This document shows, one piece after another, positions 40,541 through 53,209 of a stretch of DNA of 64,000 nt. The number at the start of each line of letters is the position of its first letter. The stretch's first letter is position 1. The stretch is taken from contig NC_043004.1 in the NCBI RefSeq assembly GCF_006345805.1, positions 62,930,001 through 62,994,000 on the forward strand, given 5' to 3'. The DNA comes from Octopus sinensis. Lineage: Eukaryota. The notes under the pieces were generated by a model that was not told where the DNA came from, searched no databases, and saw nothing but the letters and a program-made list of their open reading frames with translations. A program made the position numbers and the translations under genes.

Positions 40541-41071
40541 TATATACACACACACACATCTACAAATATAAACACATGTGTTTGTGTATGTGTGATTGTG
40601 TGTATGTTTGTGTGTGTGTGTGTGTTCCTGTGTCTGTGTCTGTATGTGGTGGTTTCATTTAGCATTACTGCAATTATTGGTCCTGATATTTATATCTGTT
40701 ACTGTTTGAACAGTATCTTGACTAACGTTTGTGCAAGCTCAAGTATACTTACGTTGCGGTAATTTTCTCTAATATATATTGCTTTACATGTACTAAACAT
40801 ATTTATATTTGTATTAATAGGAAACAAATCTGCGCCCTACTGCATTTCATATACTTATAAAAATAAATGCCACGTTATTGCCACCATAGGCTTCTGTAGC
40901 CTCAAGTAACAAGCGACATATTACGTAACCGCCCATTTTCAGCCTAATTTCCATAAACTCACACCAGTCTGTCTTTAATAGGAAAGAGCACACTTTGAAT
41001 AATATTGTTCAACGCAATGCTTTCTCCGGAGGTTTATGGTTCAATGGCCTTTTGATCATAGGTCTTCTCAC

Positions 41072-41142
41072 AACATACAACAGCAGCGGCAACACAAACG
41101 GTAAGCAAACATATCGCAACAGCTGCATCAGCAATGAAAGTT
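41072..41142 (-). CDS. Candidate signal-peptide exon of the CUB gene
   Basis: Acceptor ttactgcag|A; encodes TFIADAAVAICLLTVCVAAAVVC; donor T|GTGAGA is phase 1, matching the 30919 exon. No Met in this frame, so a further upstream exon would be required. Confidence 0.3.
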
Positions 41143-41450
41143 CTGCAGTAACCACAACGACAAGGATAAAAGTATCTATTTATATATATTTCAGTTACCC
41201 TAAAGGCAATTCTAAACCAACAGATTCCAAAATCTTAGTTCAATTTTAAATATTTGATAATTTCAAGAAAGCGATTTCGATCCTTGTAGTTCATCTCTGA
41301 AGCATTGAGAATATAATCATCGGAAGTACTTAATGGATCCAAATGTGAATTAATTGGGACTAGGGCTCACAAATGCATGGAAGATAAAGAGTTATGTATG
41401 ACTTTGTTACTAATATATTTCGTTTTGCAGTGTGTGTGAATGAATATGTA

Positions 41451-41486
<36 letters not shown>

Positions 41487-41534
41487 TGTATGTATGTATG
41501 TATGTATGTATGTATGGATGTATGTATGTATGTA

Positions 41535-41602
<68 letters not shown>

Positions 41603-42199
41603 AATTTAAAAAAAGAAAAAAAAGTATGCAAACAAACGTGTCGATTTAGTACAGGCTATGTATTAATAGTACGCTAAGAGAAGGAAAAGAGTAGTAGTTT
41701 TACATTTCGAGAATAGCTCTTCTTCGGAAACAGGAAAAAACACGAAATTCCAAGACGAATGAGACAAAAACATAACGCTAACAATTACGTGCGGCTACAA
41801 TTCTAGAGTGACCGGAAGTAGAAACAATGAAGAGACAGGGCCTTCCAGGACAGAAAAGTTTGGAAATCGTCAGTGTGTGTATGGTAGCGTGTGTATGTTT
41901 AGTAGCGCGTGTGTGTGTGGCAGTAAATGCGTGCGTGCGATTGTGTGTGGTAGTGTGTGTGCGCCAGGTGATAGCAGCGTTTGCCCGTGAGTGCGTGTGT
42001 GGCAGTAAATGTGTGTGTGCGATTGTGCGTGGTAGCATGTTTGCGTTGGGTGATAGCAGCGTGTGTCTGCGTGTGCGTGTATGGCATTAACTGTGTGTGT
42101 GTTTATGTTCACGTGCGTAGTATGTGTGTGTGTGTGTGTGTATGTGTGTGTAATCAAACAGAATCCAAACGCGTTCTACCATATGCCAATAAGCATAGG

Positions 42200-43800
42200 A
42201 CTGTTGTTTCACCTGTTGGTCGACTGACTGATAACAGCATTCTCCAACATGATGCTACACAAAGGGCAGAAGTAGTACACAAATAATACTGCTCTGCATT
42301 TAGTGATCCCACTGACATTGACGCAAATGATGTGAACGAAGTCGATCCTTAACATATTATCTCAAACATTATACTTACTTTCTCAGACATCATATCAGCA
42401 ACAAATGAGAGCAAATACTATTTTGTTGTAGGCCCTGATATATTCCCTGCTAGTTTCCTGAAGGAATGTAAACACCAACTTTTAGTCAATCTAACCAACC
42501 TTTGGAGAAATTATTTACACTCAGATTATATGCCGAAACAGCTCTTATGCCCGTCTTTTATCCCGGTTTTCAAACAGAGAAACATATCCCTCGCAGTGAA
42601 CTACCACTCAATCTCACTCACCTCCCATATCATCCAAGTGTTTGAAAGAGTAGTGAGATCAAGTATAACTGACTTCTTGAAGAGTCACAGACTTCTAAAT
42701 TCAAACCATCATGTCTAACACAGCTCTGACACCACATCTATGATATCTTAAAAGCCTTGGGTTTAGGTTCGAACACAGTTGGCATAACTTGATTTCAGTA
42801 AAATGTTGCACACATTCTAGTATCAAAATTGTCAAGAACTAGAATACGTACAACAAATTGAAAATATTCGCCGATGACTCCAACCTCTCGAAAGTTATCA
42901 ACGGAAAAAAGGCCGAACTGAAGTCCAATCATGATCTACACATTGTAGGTCAATGGACAGACAAAAACAAAATGCGACTACCCGAGGGAAAAATTTGAAC
43001 TGACGCATTTTGGGAAAAAGTCTTCACTAAAACAACCATATTCTCTTCTTTTGGAGATTCACTCACAACATCTAATTATATCAGTGACCCAGGTGTAATT
43101 ATTGACAATAATATCAGATGGAGTGCCCACATCAACAATAAGGTTCACATATCTCGTTGGATGAGTTCATGGAAATTAGAGAACCTTCCGGTTCAGAGAA
43201 CAAGTTGCTATCATTCCACTTTCCCCCTCCTTTGTATGGCCACACCTCCAATAGTGTTTCCTTCTGTGGTCTCCCCACACAACAAAATATTTCGAATACT
43301 TAATCATCCCAAAGGGCATTCACTAATAGAATTAAGGACATGACTGATTTAGAATAGTGGGACCGTCTTAAAGCATTGGAACTCTGTTCAATTCAGTGCT
43401 GTCCTGATCGATACACGCATCGTTTGTACAATGTGGAATATATACAGCCAGAATTGCCCAAACGACCTAAACATTAGTTTCAGAATTCATCTAAGTCTAG
43501 GACAAGACCTCATACGTTGCATACCCAATTCAAGATCACAACTCATAAATACACTGTCACACATTATTTTTCCTCAACAGCCCCTTCTCTATATTACGTG
43601 GTCCCGAAACAGATCAAGGAGAAAACTAATGCAATGACGTTTAAACGGAATTTGGCCAAATTTATTCAAGTGAAAAGTCACCTATATCTGGATACAAATC
43701 ATTCAACAAGAACTCCTCACTCTAATGGGCCACTATACCACAAAACTTAATTTAGAAGTGATTTCGCAAATCCTATAATGTGGTGCGATTAAGTTAGACA
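42200..43800 (+). mobile_element. Degenerate LINE (CR1/Jockey-group) RT and 3' region
   Basis: IPVFKQ..VNYHSISLTSHIIQVFERVV, LDFSK and SDPGVIIDNN remnants; many stops. Confidence 0.75.
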
Positions 43801-44043
43801 TGGCCGGACTGGCCCAGTCTTTAGTCGAAGCATATGTATGTTCTGTGTATATCTATCTATCAATCTATCTATCTATTCATATATATATATATACATACAT
43901 GCATACATACATACATACATACATACATACATACATGCATACATACATACATACATACATACATACATGCATACATACATACATACATACATGCATACAT
44001 ACATACATACATGCATACATACATGCATACATACATACATATA

Positions 44044-45220
44044 CGAGGGGGTGCTCAAAGTAACCAGAAACGTTATCTGTGGGTTAACCGCGGTTCAGTT
44101 TACGCTTCCACCACTTGAAGGCGCTTGGTGCGGCTGTCGTGCATCAGTCTGCGAATCGGCGTCTTTGTGTATATACCTACTGCCACGTGGTGCGTCTTTG
44201 TTTTGCAACGCTTCTCCCCAGTTCTTTATTTTTGCGATGTTTGCAACGAAGGAACTTCTTGCTTCCGCCAAAGTTTCATTTCTGTCGAGGAAAATGGCAG
44301 CCTAAACAATTGTCAACCTCAAACAGTTTACAAGGACGCTGCAACGAGCAAAACTCAAGTTTACCAGTGGTTTTCACGCATTAGGACACCGTCGACACCA
44401 GAACAAATAAAAACATCACGAACATTCATGAACTGCTCTTGGAGGACCGAAAAACTCTCGAACTTCTAGATATGACTGGTGTATCCTACATCCCCTGTCA
44501 ATTGCGAAGGAAAATAGTTGCAGCAAAATTTATGCCTCGCTTGAGGAATCTCAAAAAACGTCAAGACTCAATATGTGTCGAGAACCAAAAGAAGAGCCTA
44601 GAAGTCAATCCGTTCCTTTTTTCTAACGTTATAATTGATGACGAAAACTGGTGCTACGGCTACGGCCCGGAAACAAAGCAGCAATCAAGTCAATGGAATT
44701 AGTCAATATCACCAGGCCCCAAATGTGAAGTCCAATTTCAAGACTATGCTGATTTGTTTCAGCGATGTGAAAGGAATTGTCCACTGGGAATTGGTTTCTC
44801 CTGTTCAAACTGTTGACCAATCATTATACTTGACAGTTTTGTAACGTTTGTAAGACGCATCGCGACGAAAACACCCCATCCTGTGTCAAAGTGGACAGTG
44901 ATGATTTTATCACGACAATGTACCTGCGCACACCGCCTTAATTATGAGACAGTTTTTACTAAATATGTCATGACTCACACTAACTATTCACCCAGTCTTG
45001 CTCCTTTCGACTTTTTCTTTTGTTCCCACGAACGAAAAAATGAAAATATTTGGCAGATGGGGAAGAGATGAAGGAAATGCGACGGAGGCGTAAAATGGCT
45101 TCACAGGAGTTACAGGACTACTTCGAACAATGGAAAACGCGTCTAGATCGATGCATTTCCTTAAATGGAGAATACCTTCAAAGCGGTAAGTTTGATTGCC
45201 GGTTTGAGGTACAGGGGGCT
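44044..45220 (+). mobile_element. Mariner transposon, decayed
   Basis: TA|CGAGGGGGTGCTCAAAGT 5' end within a (TACA)n tract. Remnants DDENWCYGYGPETKQQSSQW, KTMLICFSDVKGIVHWE and YSPSLAPFDFFF. Right TIR not identified. Confidence 0.85.
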
Positions 45221-45655
45221 GTACCTCATGCCGTGCAGTCGATTCATTCGGTATTGTGTAGAGGAGCATGTCTAGTTTCTCTTTGAAGACGTCTACGTCA
45301 ACATTATGTATATTTCTTAAGCTTTATGACAACATTGATGAGCTGTGGGATTTTAAACCCTGGGCTATTGCAGTACTTGGACCGACCTTTAATGGATCAT
45401 ACATTTGGTTCAGTTCATTGGCTCCCAGTTGTGACATTTGTATGCCGAAATTAGGTACTAGACTTTATAGAGTTTCACATATGTAGAGTATTACATATCT
45501 GTCAGAGTATTACATGCACATGCAAATGCACACGGTCCAGCGTGCAGGCAGGTACATACACACGCACACAGCGTGTGTTTCAATATACATGCATGCATGC
45601 TTGCATGCATACATACATAAATACATACATACATATATACATGCTTACATACACA

Positions 45656-45689
<34 letters not shown>

Positions 45690-45777
45690 CATACATACAT
45701 GCATACATAAATACATACATATATAAATATATACATGTATGCATACATACATATATACATACATACATACATGCATG

Positions 45778-45811
<34 letters not shown>

Positions 45812-46063
45812 TATTCTTATATACATACATGCATACGTATATACATGCTTACATACATACATACATATATACATATATACATACATGCATACATACATAC
45901 ATACATATATACATACATACATGCATACATACATACATATATATTCATATATACATACATACATATATACATGCTTACATATATACATATATACATACAT
46001 GCATACATACATACATACATACATACATACATACATACATACATACATACATACATACATACA

Positions 46064-46475
46064 TAGGCGCAGGAGTGGCTGTGTGGTAAGTAGCTTGCTA
46101 ACCAACCACATGGTTCCGGGTTCAGTCCCACTGCGTGGCATCTTGGGCAAGTGTCTTCTGCTATAGCCCTGGGCCGACCAATGCCTTGTGAGTGGATTTG
46201 GTAGACGGAAACTGAAAGAAGCCTGTCGTATATATGTATATATATATAAGTGTGTGTATATATGTTTGTGTGTCTGTGTTTGTCCCCCCAGCATTGCTTG
46301 ACAACCGATGCTGGTGTGTTTACGCCCCCGTCACTTAGCGGTTCAGCAAAAGAGACCGATAGAATAAGTACTGGGCTTACAAAGAATAAGTCCCGGGGTC
46401 GATTTGCTCGACTAAAGGCGGTGCTCCAGCATGGCCGCAGTCAAATGACTGAAACAAGTAAAAAAAGAGTAAAAA
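46064..46475 (+). mobile_element. tRNA-derived SINE, apparently full length
   Basis: GGCGCAGGAGTGGCTGTGTGGTAAG (A-box-like), GGTTCAGTCCC (B-box-like), internal (TA/TG)n, tail gaaacaagtaaaa. Confidence 0.85.
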
Positions 46476-46737
46476 AGAGAAAAAAGAGTATACATACAAA
46501 CATATTTTCTTTATTGTGTGTTTGTGTATGTGTATTCCTTTGCATGCTCTTACACACACTTCTATGTAAATGCATGTTTGTGAGCACGCGCCTTTGTTGC
46601 GTGCGTGTATATACCTTCGAAAGAAAGTATCTTGTTATGTTTTCCTTTTTTCATTTGTTTGATCGATAATTTCTCTATAGAATTGCATCAACAATTCTTT
46701 CTTATTTTAGAAATAATAAATAATAATAAAGATATAC

Positions 46738-46867
46738 AAACAATTGCAGCGTGGAAGGTGTTTATAAGCCATTTAAGAAACACACAAAAGCCGTTCGATT
46801 CACTTCAACATTTAAGTTTAATTTGTCAAAATATTTTCGTCGCTAAAATCCGCGACCTGTTCACTGT

Positions 46868-46928
<61 letters not shown>

Positions 46929-47023
46929 ATATTGACAAATTAAACTTAAATGTTGAAGTGAATCGAACGGCTTTTGTGAGTTTCTTAAATGGCTTATAAA
47001 CACATTCCACGCTGCAATTGTTT
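46738..47023. mobile_element. Penelope-like inverted repeat around a hammerhead-like motif and (TA)n
   Basis: 46738-46829 is the reverse complement of 46932-47023. The minus strand 46866-46822 reads CA-GUGAACA-G-GUCGC-loop-GCGAC-GAAA-AUAUU-U-UGACAAA. Confidence 0.7.
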
Positions 47024-49073
47024 TCGTTTCAGCACACGATCTCAGATCAAATTACTTGCTATGAGAGTACATTTCCGTAATAAAGATATAATAAATTTCC
47101 AAGAAATTTCTATATGCAGAAAAGAATGTGAAAAAAAAAAAAAAAACTCTGAAAGTATAAAAGTTTGAGGCAAGGAGAAGTACCTTTCCAATAAAAGAGA
47201 TAAACAAATACACTGGAAGAAGTAAGAACCAAAACCGAAATTGTCGATTTAGTTTACTTTCAATGGAGGCAACTCACTAATATGTATTTACAAAATTGAG
47301 AGTTATCTCCCATGAATAAATCACCGCGTAGTTTGTGCAAATACTAAACAGAAAATTGTGCATAACTTAAAAAACGTTTCTTCTATCATATTTCTGTTCA
47401 TTGATTTTCTCATCAATACTGTTTTATATAAGCTAAGCAATGCATGAATATAGATGCAGTGGTATCAGATAACAGCTATGTATGTATGTATGCGTTACGC
47501 TGAACATTATTTATCGAACCATAGATAAGCGTGTACGCATTTTCTTCATAAAGGTTATGACTATGATGATTCATGACAGGTAAATAAGTGTGTGTATACG
47601 TATGTGCATGTGTGTGCTTGCGTATGCGTATGTGTGTGCGCGTATGTGTGTGTGCGTGTGCGTGTGCGCGCGTGCCCGTATGTGTGTGTGTGTGTGTATG
47701 GGTTTGTGTTATTTACCACATTCTCTGCTTTTTACTCTCTTCGTATATGTAATAACTCTCACGCATAGAATTCATTTTATTTAACACCTGTTCTTCTCGT
47801 ATTTGCTTTCATTTTATGACAGTTCTTACACACACGTATTCCTGATTGAATATAAAGGATCAAACTTTAAACGTGTCTACCTCTGTATGAATATTTTTCT
47901 GGAATAAATTTTTCACAAACTCAGAATCACTGTTAGAATATTATATGAACATAACAAAATTGAAAAGTTCAGGCGCTTTCGACCCCTCTAAAAGTATATC
48001 GCTCACACTGAGTGTGTGAGCATTTCTCAGGGTGTATATATATGCATGTGATTTTAAAATGGTACGTAAAAGATTTATTTTCTTCTTAATAGCATACTTT
48101 TCTGCAAGTAAATATGATTTCCTCATACACACAGACACATTCTGACACACATGCACAGTCATACACACACATATAAACACACAAATACACAAGCACAGAT
48201 ACAAACATACGGACACGCCTGATGGGGAATAGGGCTAAAGATATAAATAATATGTTTGTTGGTTTTGCTTAAATTGCAGCAATTGACGATTGCATCATCA
48301 CTAAATGAAATGTGTTTATGGGGGGAAATGTTGGAAAAACTTCAATATATTTCAGATGGAGAAAGAAATGACAAAAGTAAAGGTGTTGTGGATGTGCTAG
48401 AAACAGCAGCTTGATCCCTCTTAAATAATCTTCTCATCTCAAAATAACTTCGGAATTATAACCTGAAAGAAATTGCAGATTCGGACTGTTTGAGTTTTCA
48501 AAATATGATTGACGGAACATTTCGAAAACCCGAAATTTTAGGATTTCTTTTAATGATGTTTTTTGGGGTTTTTTTTACACTGTTGTTTTTAATTTGTGTT
48601 ACATTTTCTGCTTCGAAATGAGGGAAGTGGTGTTTGTAATTGTGTTCGTGGATTTCCAGATTTTTGTAAAAGAAAAAAAAAATGGAATTGGGAAAGATAT
48701 ATTCAGTTAAATGTTCAGTGAAAATATGGTGGAATTCACCTGCTATTTTATTAATTCATCTCAACCTTGAGGTATTAATAAAATGGCAGGTGAATTCCAC
48801 CATACTTACTCTCAAATATTTTTTCCTAATTGCTTTCTTTGTCTTTGATTCTTCTTTCCTTCCTTCTATTTTGTGAAAGACTGAGGACCGATCTCATCGT
48901 CTAATCTGGAAAGAAACGCAGCCATTCCGGTTTAATTCTGAATGTGTTAGCGTTTCCTATCTTTGAACTTCGTTTCATTTTGTATTTCAAACTCGTAAAA
49001 GACACCCGAAATGTTTAAATATTGTTCATTCATTTCATCTTCCATTTAAGAGTCAATCTCTATTTATTACAAA

Positions 49074-49445
49074 CTAGCAGTATCACCCGGCGTTGCTCGG
49101 GTTTGTAAGGGAAATAACTATAAAGCATTTTTAGAGAGCTATAGCCAAAAAATAGCCAAAAATTGGAAAAAAATTATGGTAAATTTTTTTTTAGTTAAAA
49201 GGTCGAGTTGCGTCCCCTAGACAGTCTGTGGTTTGTGTTTCTGATTCTCGACCCCATGTCGAATTTATCGATTTGTTTCAGAACTGGGGGAACTTTTCAA
49301 AATTTTCGCTGCGTTAGTGTTGAATTATGACATTGGGCTATGTGTGTGTCAAGTTTCATCAGAATCGGTTGAAAGCCGTGGTCAGGGTGAGGGTACAACC
49401 TAACAGACACACACACAGACAAACTGCCGTTTATATAGAGAGAGA
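49074..49445 (-). mobile_element. Non-autonomous Helitron (372 bp)
   Basis: A|TCTCTCTCTATATAAACGGCAG 5' end; 3' cccgagcaacgccgggtgatactgCTAG|T; inserted between A and T. Confidence 0.85.
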
Positions 49446-49649
49446 TAACAGTCGCGCTCTACTGATTGTTGATTATCATCATCATCATCATCATCGTCAT
49501 TATTATTATTATTATTATTATTATTGTTATTATTATCCTCATTGTGTGAGAGAGCAGTGCATGCCTTCAAATTGACACTGGGGTACAAATACACGAAGTC
49601 CACTATACCTTTTCTGATTACACATCTGGTACGTAGTAGTAGTAGTAGT

Positions 49650-49731
<82 letters not shown>

Positions 49732-49742
49732 TAGTAGTAGTA

Positions 49743-49783
<41 letters not shown>

Positions 49784-50768
49784 AAACACTCCTGGATGAC
49801 AAAATATCAAGGATAGAGAACTGCACTTTGATCGCACTGAATGTATTTCCCGATAGAAACATTGACCAGCAGGAGCAAATCAACCTGATTAATTGATCAG
49901 CCTATGGAACAGAGCAGAGTTCCAAGCCTTTATGGGGTTCAGGCTGGTAGCGTTCTGCTTTCTGCCCGCGTAACAAAAACGAAACAAGATAAAGAAGAGC
50001 AACTGAAAGACTGGTGCAACTGTACCGGATGAATGAACGCAGGGTTAGTACTCAGCTTGATGGCAGAGTGAAATATATTGGTGTGTGCCAACGATCCTGA
50101 GATGGCAATATTATACCCATCGTCTCTTCAGCTAATGTGGAAACGGTCATCAGGTGCTTTGAGCGGTGAACTCTATAGATACGTAGAAGAATGCTGTCCA
50201 TTACCTGCTGAAGAGAAAGGGTGCCGAAAGAGAAGTCACGGAACGAAAGATAAGCTGTTAATTGATAGACTAATTATCAGAAATGGCAGGCGAAGATACA
50301 CAAATCTGAGCATGGCTTGGATTGGTGATCATAAAGGCAAATGATACCACAGTCTTTGATAAGAAAAACTGTGGAAATGTATGGAGTAGCACAAAACATG
50401 ATATGGCTTGTATGAAACAATAAGAAATGTTGGAGAACTTAATTGACAGCAGTGAATTCGGTATTAGATGTGAAGATTAGGAGAGGAATCACTCAGGGGA
50501 ACAGTGTATCCTCACTGATAATTGTGCTGGGTATGATCGTCTTGAATGAAAAACTACAGAAGACAAAATTGGGATATGATTTGGGAAGTAGTAAGAGTAA
50601 ACTTAACCATCAGGAATTCTGAATGATTTGAAGTTGTTCAAAATCAGTGAGATAGAACAGCTCAGTCTCGACCAGTTTCTGTGGATACTTTCGAAGGAAT
50701 ATGAACTCAAAATATGCTCTAATAGTAGTAATATGAGGAAAGCTTACCAGAACAGAGAGTATATCTAT

Positions 50769-51129
50769 GCCGCCGCCGTGGTGATCTCATTCTCGCTCAC
50801 AGCATCATAAGCGGAAAGTGTAACCTCTTGAAAGAGCTGTTCTTCACTCCTGCTCCAGAGCGTCGGCTGCGGGGTCATTCCGAAAAGCTCTACCTGCGAC
50901 GATTTCATCTCAATCGAAGGAGAGGAGCTTTCTCCGTCCGGGTTGCGGATCCGTGGAACAAGCTGCCAGACGAGATGGTGAAGATGCCGACGACCGCTTT
51001 GTTCAAAGCCTCCCTTGACCTCAAGTGGCCTGAACTCTTTACATGAACACCACCCTGTACATAACTCCATGTCCCCCTACATGGCCTTCCTATTTGCTTT
51101 TGAGCCAAATTAACTAACTAACTAACTAA
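50769..51129 (+). mobile_element. 5'-truncated CR1/L2-group LINE 3' end with (TAAC)n tail, nested
   Basis: Open frame RRRGDLILAHSIISG..RGHSEKL..RRGAFSVRVADPWNKLPD..FKASLD, stop at 51046, tail taactaactaactaactaa. Confidence 0.85.
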
Positions 51130-51329
51130 GTGGGGAAATGAAGGCAATCGAACTTGTGTGCGGATATAAATACCTGAGGATACTTGAGGCAGTGGAATTA
51201 GTCACGATTCGATGACAGAGCAGACAAAGAAAGAATCCCAGCAGTGAATGAGACAAATATTGGACTCAAAGCCGAATATCAGAGATATTATTTGACAATA
51301 CAAAGCTAAAGTTGTCATGGTGATACCTG

Positions 51330-51900
51330 ATCAGAGGCCTACGCAAAGTTGCAGAAAGTTTATGAACAGTAGTGTATGAGCCGTACACAAGTGCACGAGT
51401 GTTTCACACGTTTCCAAAATGGCCGAAAAACTGTTGATATTGACGAACGTTCGGGGGGGGGGGGGTTGCAACCAGTTAAAGTGAGAAAGACATAGTAAGT
51501 GTATGTGCAGCTGTGACAGACAATCGCTGAATTACCAACCGTGAGTTATAAGAGAATGTGCAGATTAGTTATGGTTCATTTCAGTGAATTATTTCCACCG
51601 ATTTGGGTATGAGACACTTGTCTGTAAGTTTGTGCCAAAACTGCTTTCAACTGACTAAAAGCTCACTCGGGGTTCAGTTGCACAATGTCTCCTTGGTAGT
51701 ATCGAGAACGATGAAACCTTTTTGAAAACATTGCGCGGGACTCTGAGCAGACATCGCTTTTGGCAACATTGGATGCAGATTCTCTGCTCAACATTCTCTG
51801 TCATATTCAATGCGACAATCACACTCTACACACATTCCTTCAAAGCACTGCTAGAAAGAGTTGAAGTGAGCTAGAACGTTAAAACGTGATGCGCATGAAC
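51330..51900 (+). mobile_element. Second copy of the 5'-5' mariner derivative, nested
   Basis: EAYAKLQKVY..TQVHECFTRFQNGRK..DIDERS; same internal junction after ENDE..TL into an inverted 5' end as at 16.0 kb. Confidence 0.7.
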
Positions 51901-53147
51901 AGCAAAGTTCACGGTTAATCTGTACCAAGCGACTTCACTTTCTGTACTGTCGCTTCGTTAATATCCCAAAAGCCCCAATTCTTATTGATCAAACCAAGTA
52001 AACTCGCCCCACTCGTAACATTTCGGGATGGGGATGAAGCGGATAGAGAATGAGCTAAAGGAGTTGGATTAGAAAACAAGAAAGCATGCAGTAATGCATG
52101 GAGTCAATCACACATCTACAGATACTGATCACATATACACGAAGAGACCAAATGGCGGAAGGGAAATTATAAGTGTGGAAGACAGTGAGCACACCAAACA
52201 CTATATCTTTTAAAATTGCCTAGCCCGAAGTATGGAAACCTTGTTAGTATCATGTAGGCATCAGAACGTATTCAAAGTAGAGAAAAAGTAAAAAACTCAA
52301 TACAAGAACTACAAAAAAGGATAAGAAGAAGCATTACACGATAAGGGATTACACAATCAATTTCATGTAGCCACAACTAAAGTTGCAGGAAATCATAGAT
52401 AGAACACGCTGAAAAAAAGAGCGCTGAAAAAAGAGACTGATAGCTCCATACTGGCAGCACAAAACCAAGCTTTGGCCACAAATTAGAAGGTCAACATTAG
52501 GAATGTGCAAGACACTCGACTTTTCTACATCTGTAAAAGAGCGGACGATGTCACTGCCAGCATCGTAAAAGAATACCCTAGACTTACTCCAAGCAACTAT
52601 AAGTGGCGACATGATGTAGTGAGAGTGCTACAATGGAAACTATGCAAAAAGTGGGGTCTAGAGAGCAGAAACCACTGAGAGTGGAGTGGTAGACCTGTAA
52701 AATATTGTGGTATTTCCCAGTCCTAACAGATCAGGTGCAAGAGCATAACAACCCTCACCTAGTTGTGGTGGACAACGAGCAGCAATGTGCTACATAATTG
52801 ACGTTGCGTGTCCCTTTGACCACGAATGATCAAGAAGGAAGGTGAAAATATAGACATATACTATCTTATATAGTACAAAATAGCCAGGCTATAGAACACG
52901 AAAAAGATGAAGATGAAGTGCCAACTATTGTTGAGTTGTTGGGGACGGTATCAGAAGGCATCACTAGCAATATAAAGGAAATCAGAATAGAGTGCCCCGT
53001 AGTGCTGTTGCAAAGGTTTTGCTTCTTTGACACGTTCAGAATAATCAAGTAAGTATTACCTAGTTGAAAATAACAGATAGCATGGTACCGTAGGCTGCAA
53101 ATAACAAGTCCGCTATTCAGGATTTCAAACAAAACCAGTGTTAAAAG

Positions 53148-53182
<35 letters not shown>

Positions 53183-53209
53183 TAATATAATAAAATAATA
53201 ATAATAATT

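Larger units (their letters stand above)
49960..53150 (+). mobile_element. Old R4/Dong-like LINE, interrupted by nested insertions
   Basis: EEKGCRKRSHGTKDKLLID..TNLSMAWI, IRRGITQG, NDLKLF, YKYL and IIDVACPFD remnants; ends at the (TAA)n tract 53150-53210. Confidence 0.7.
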
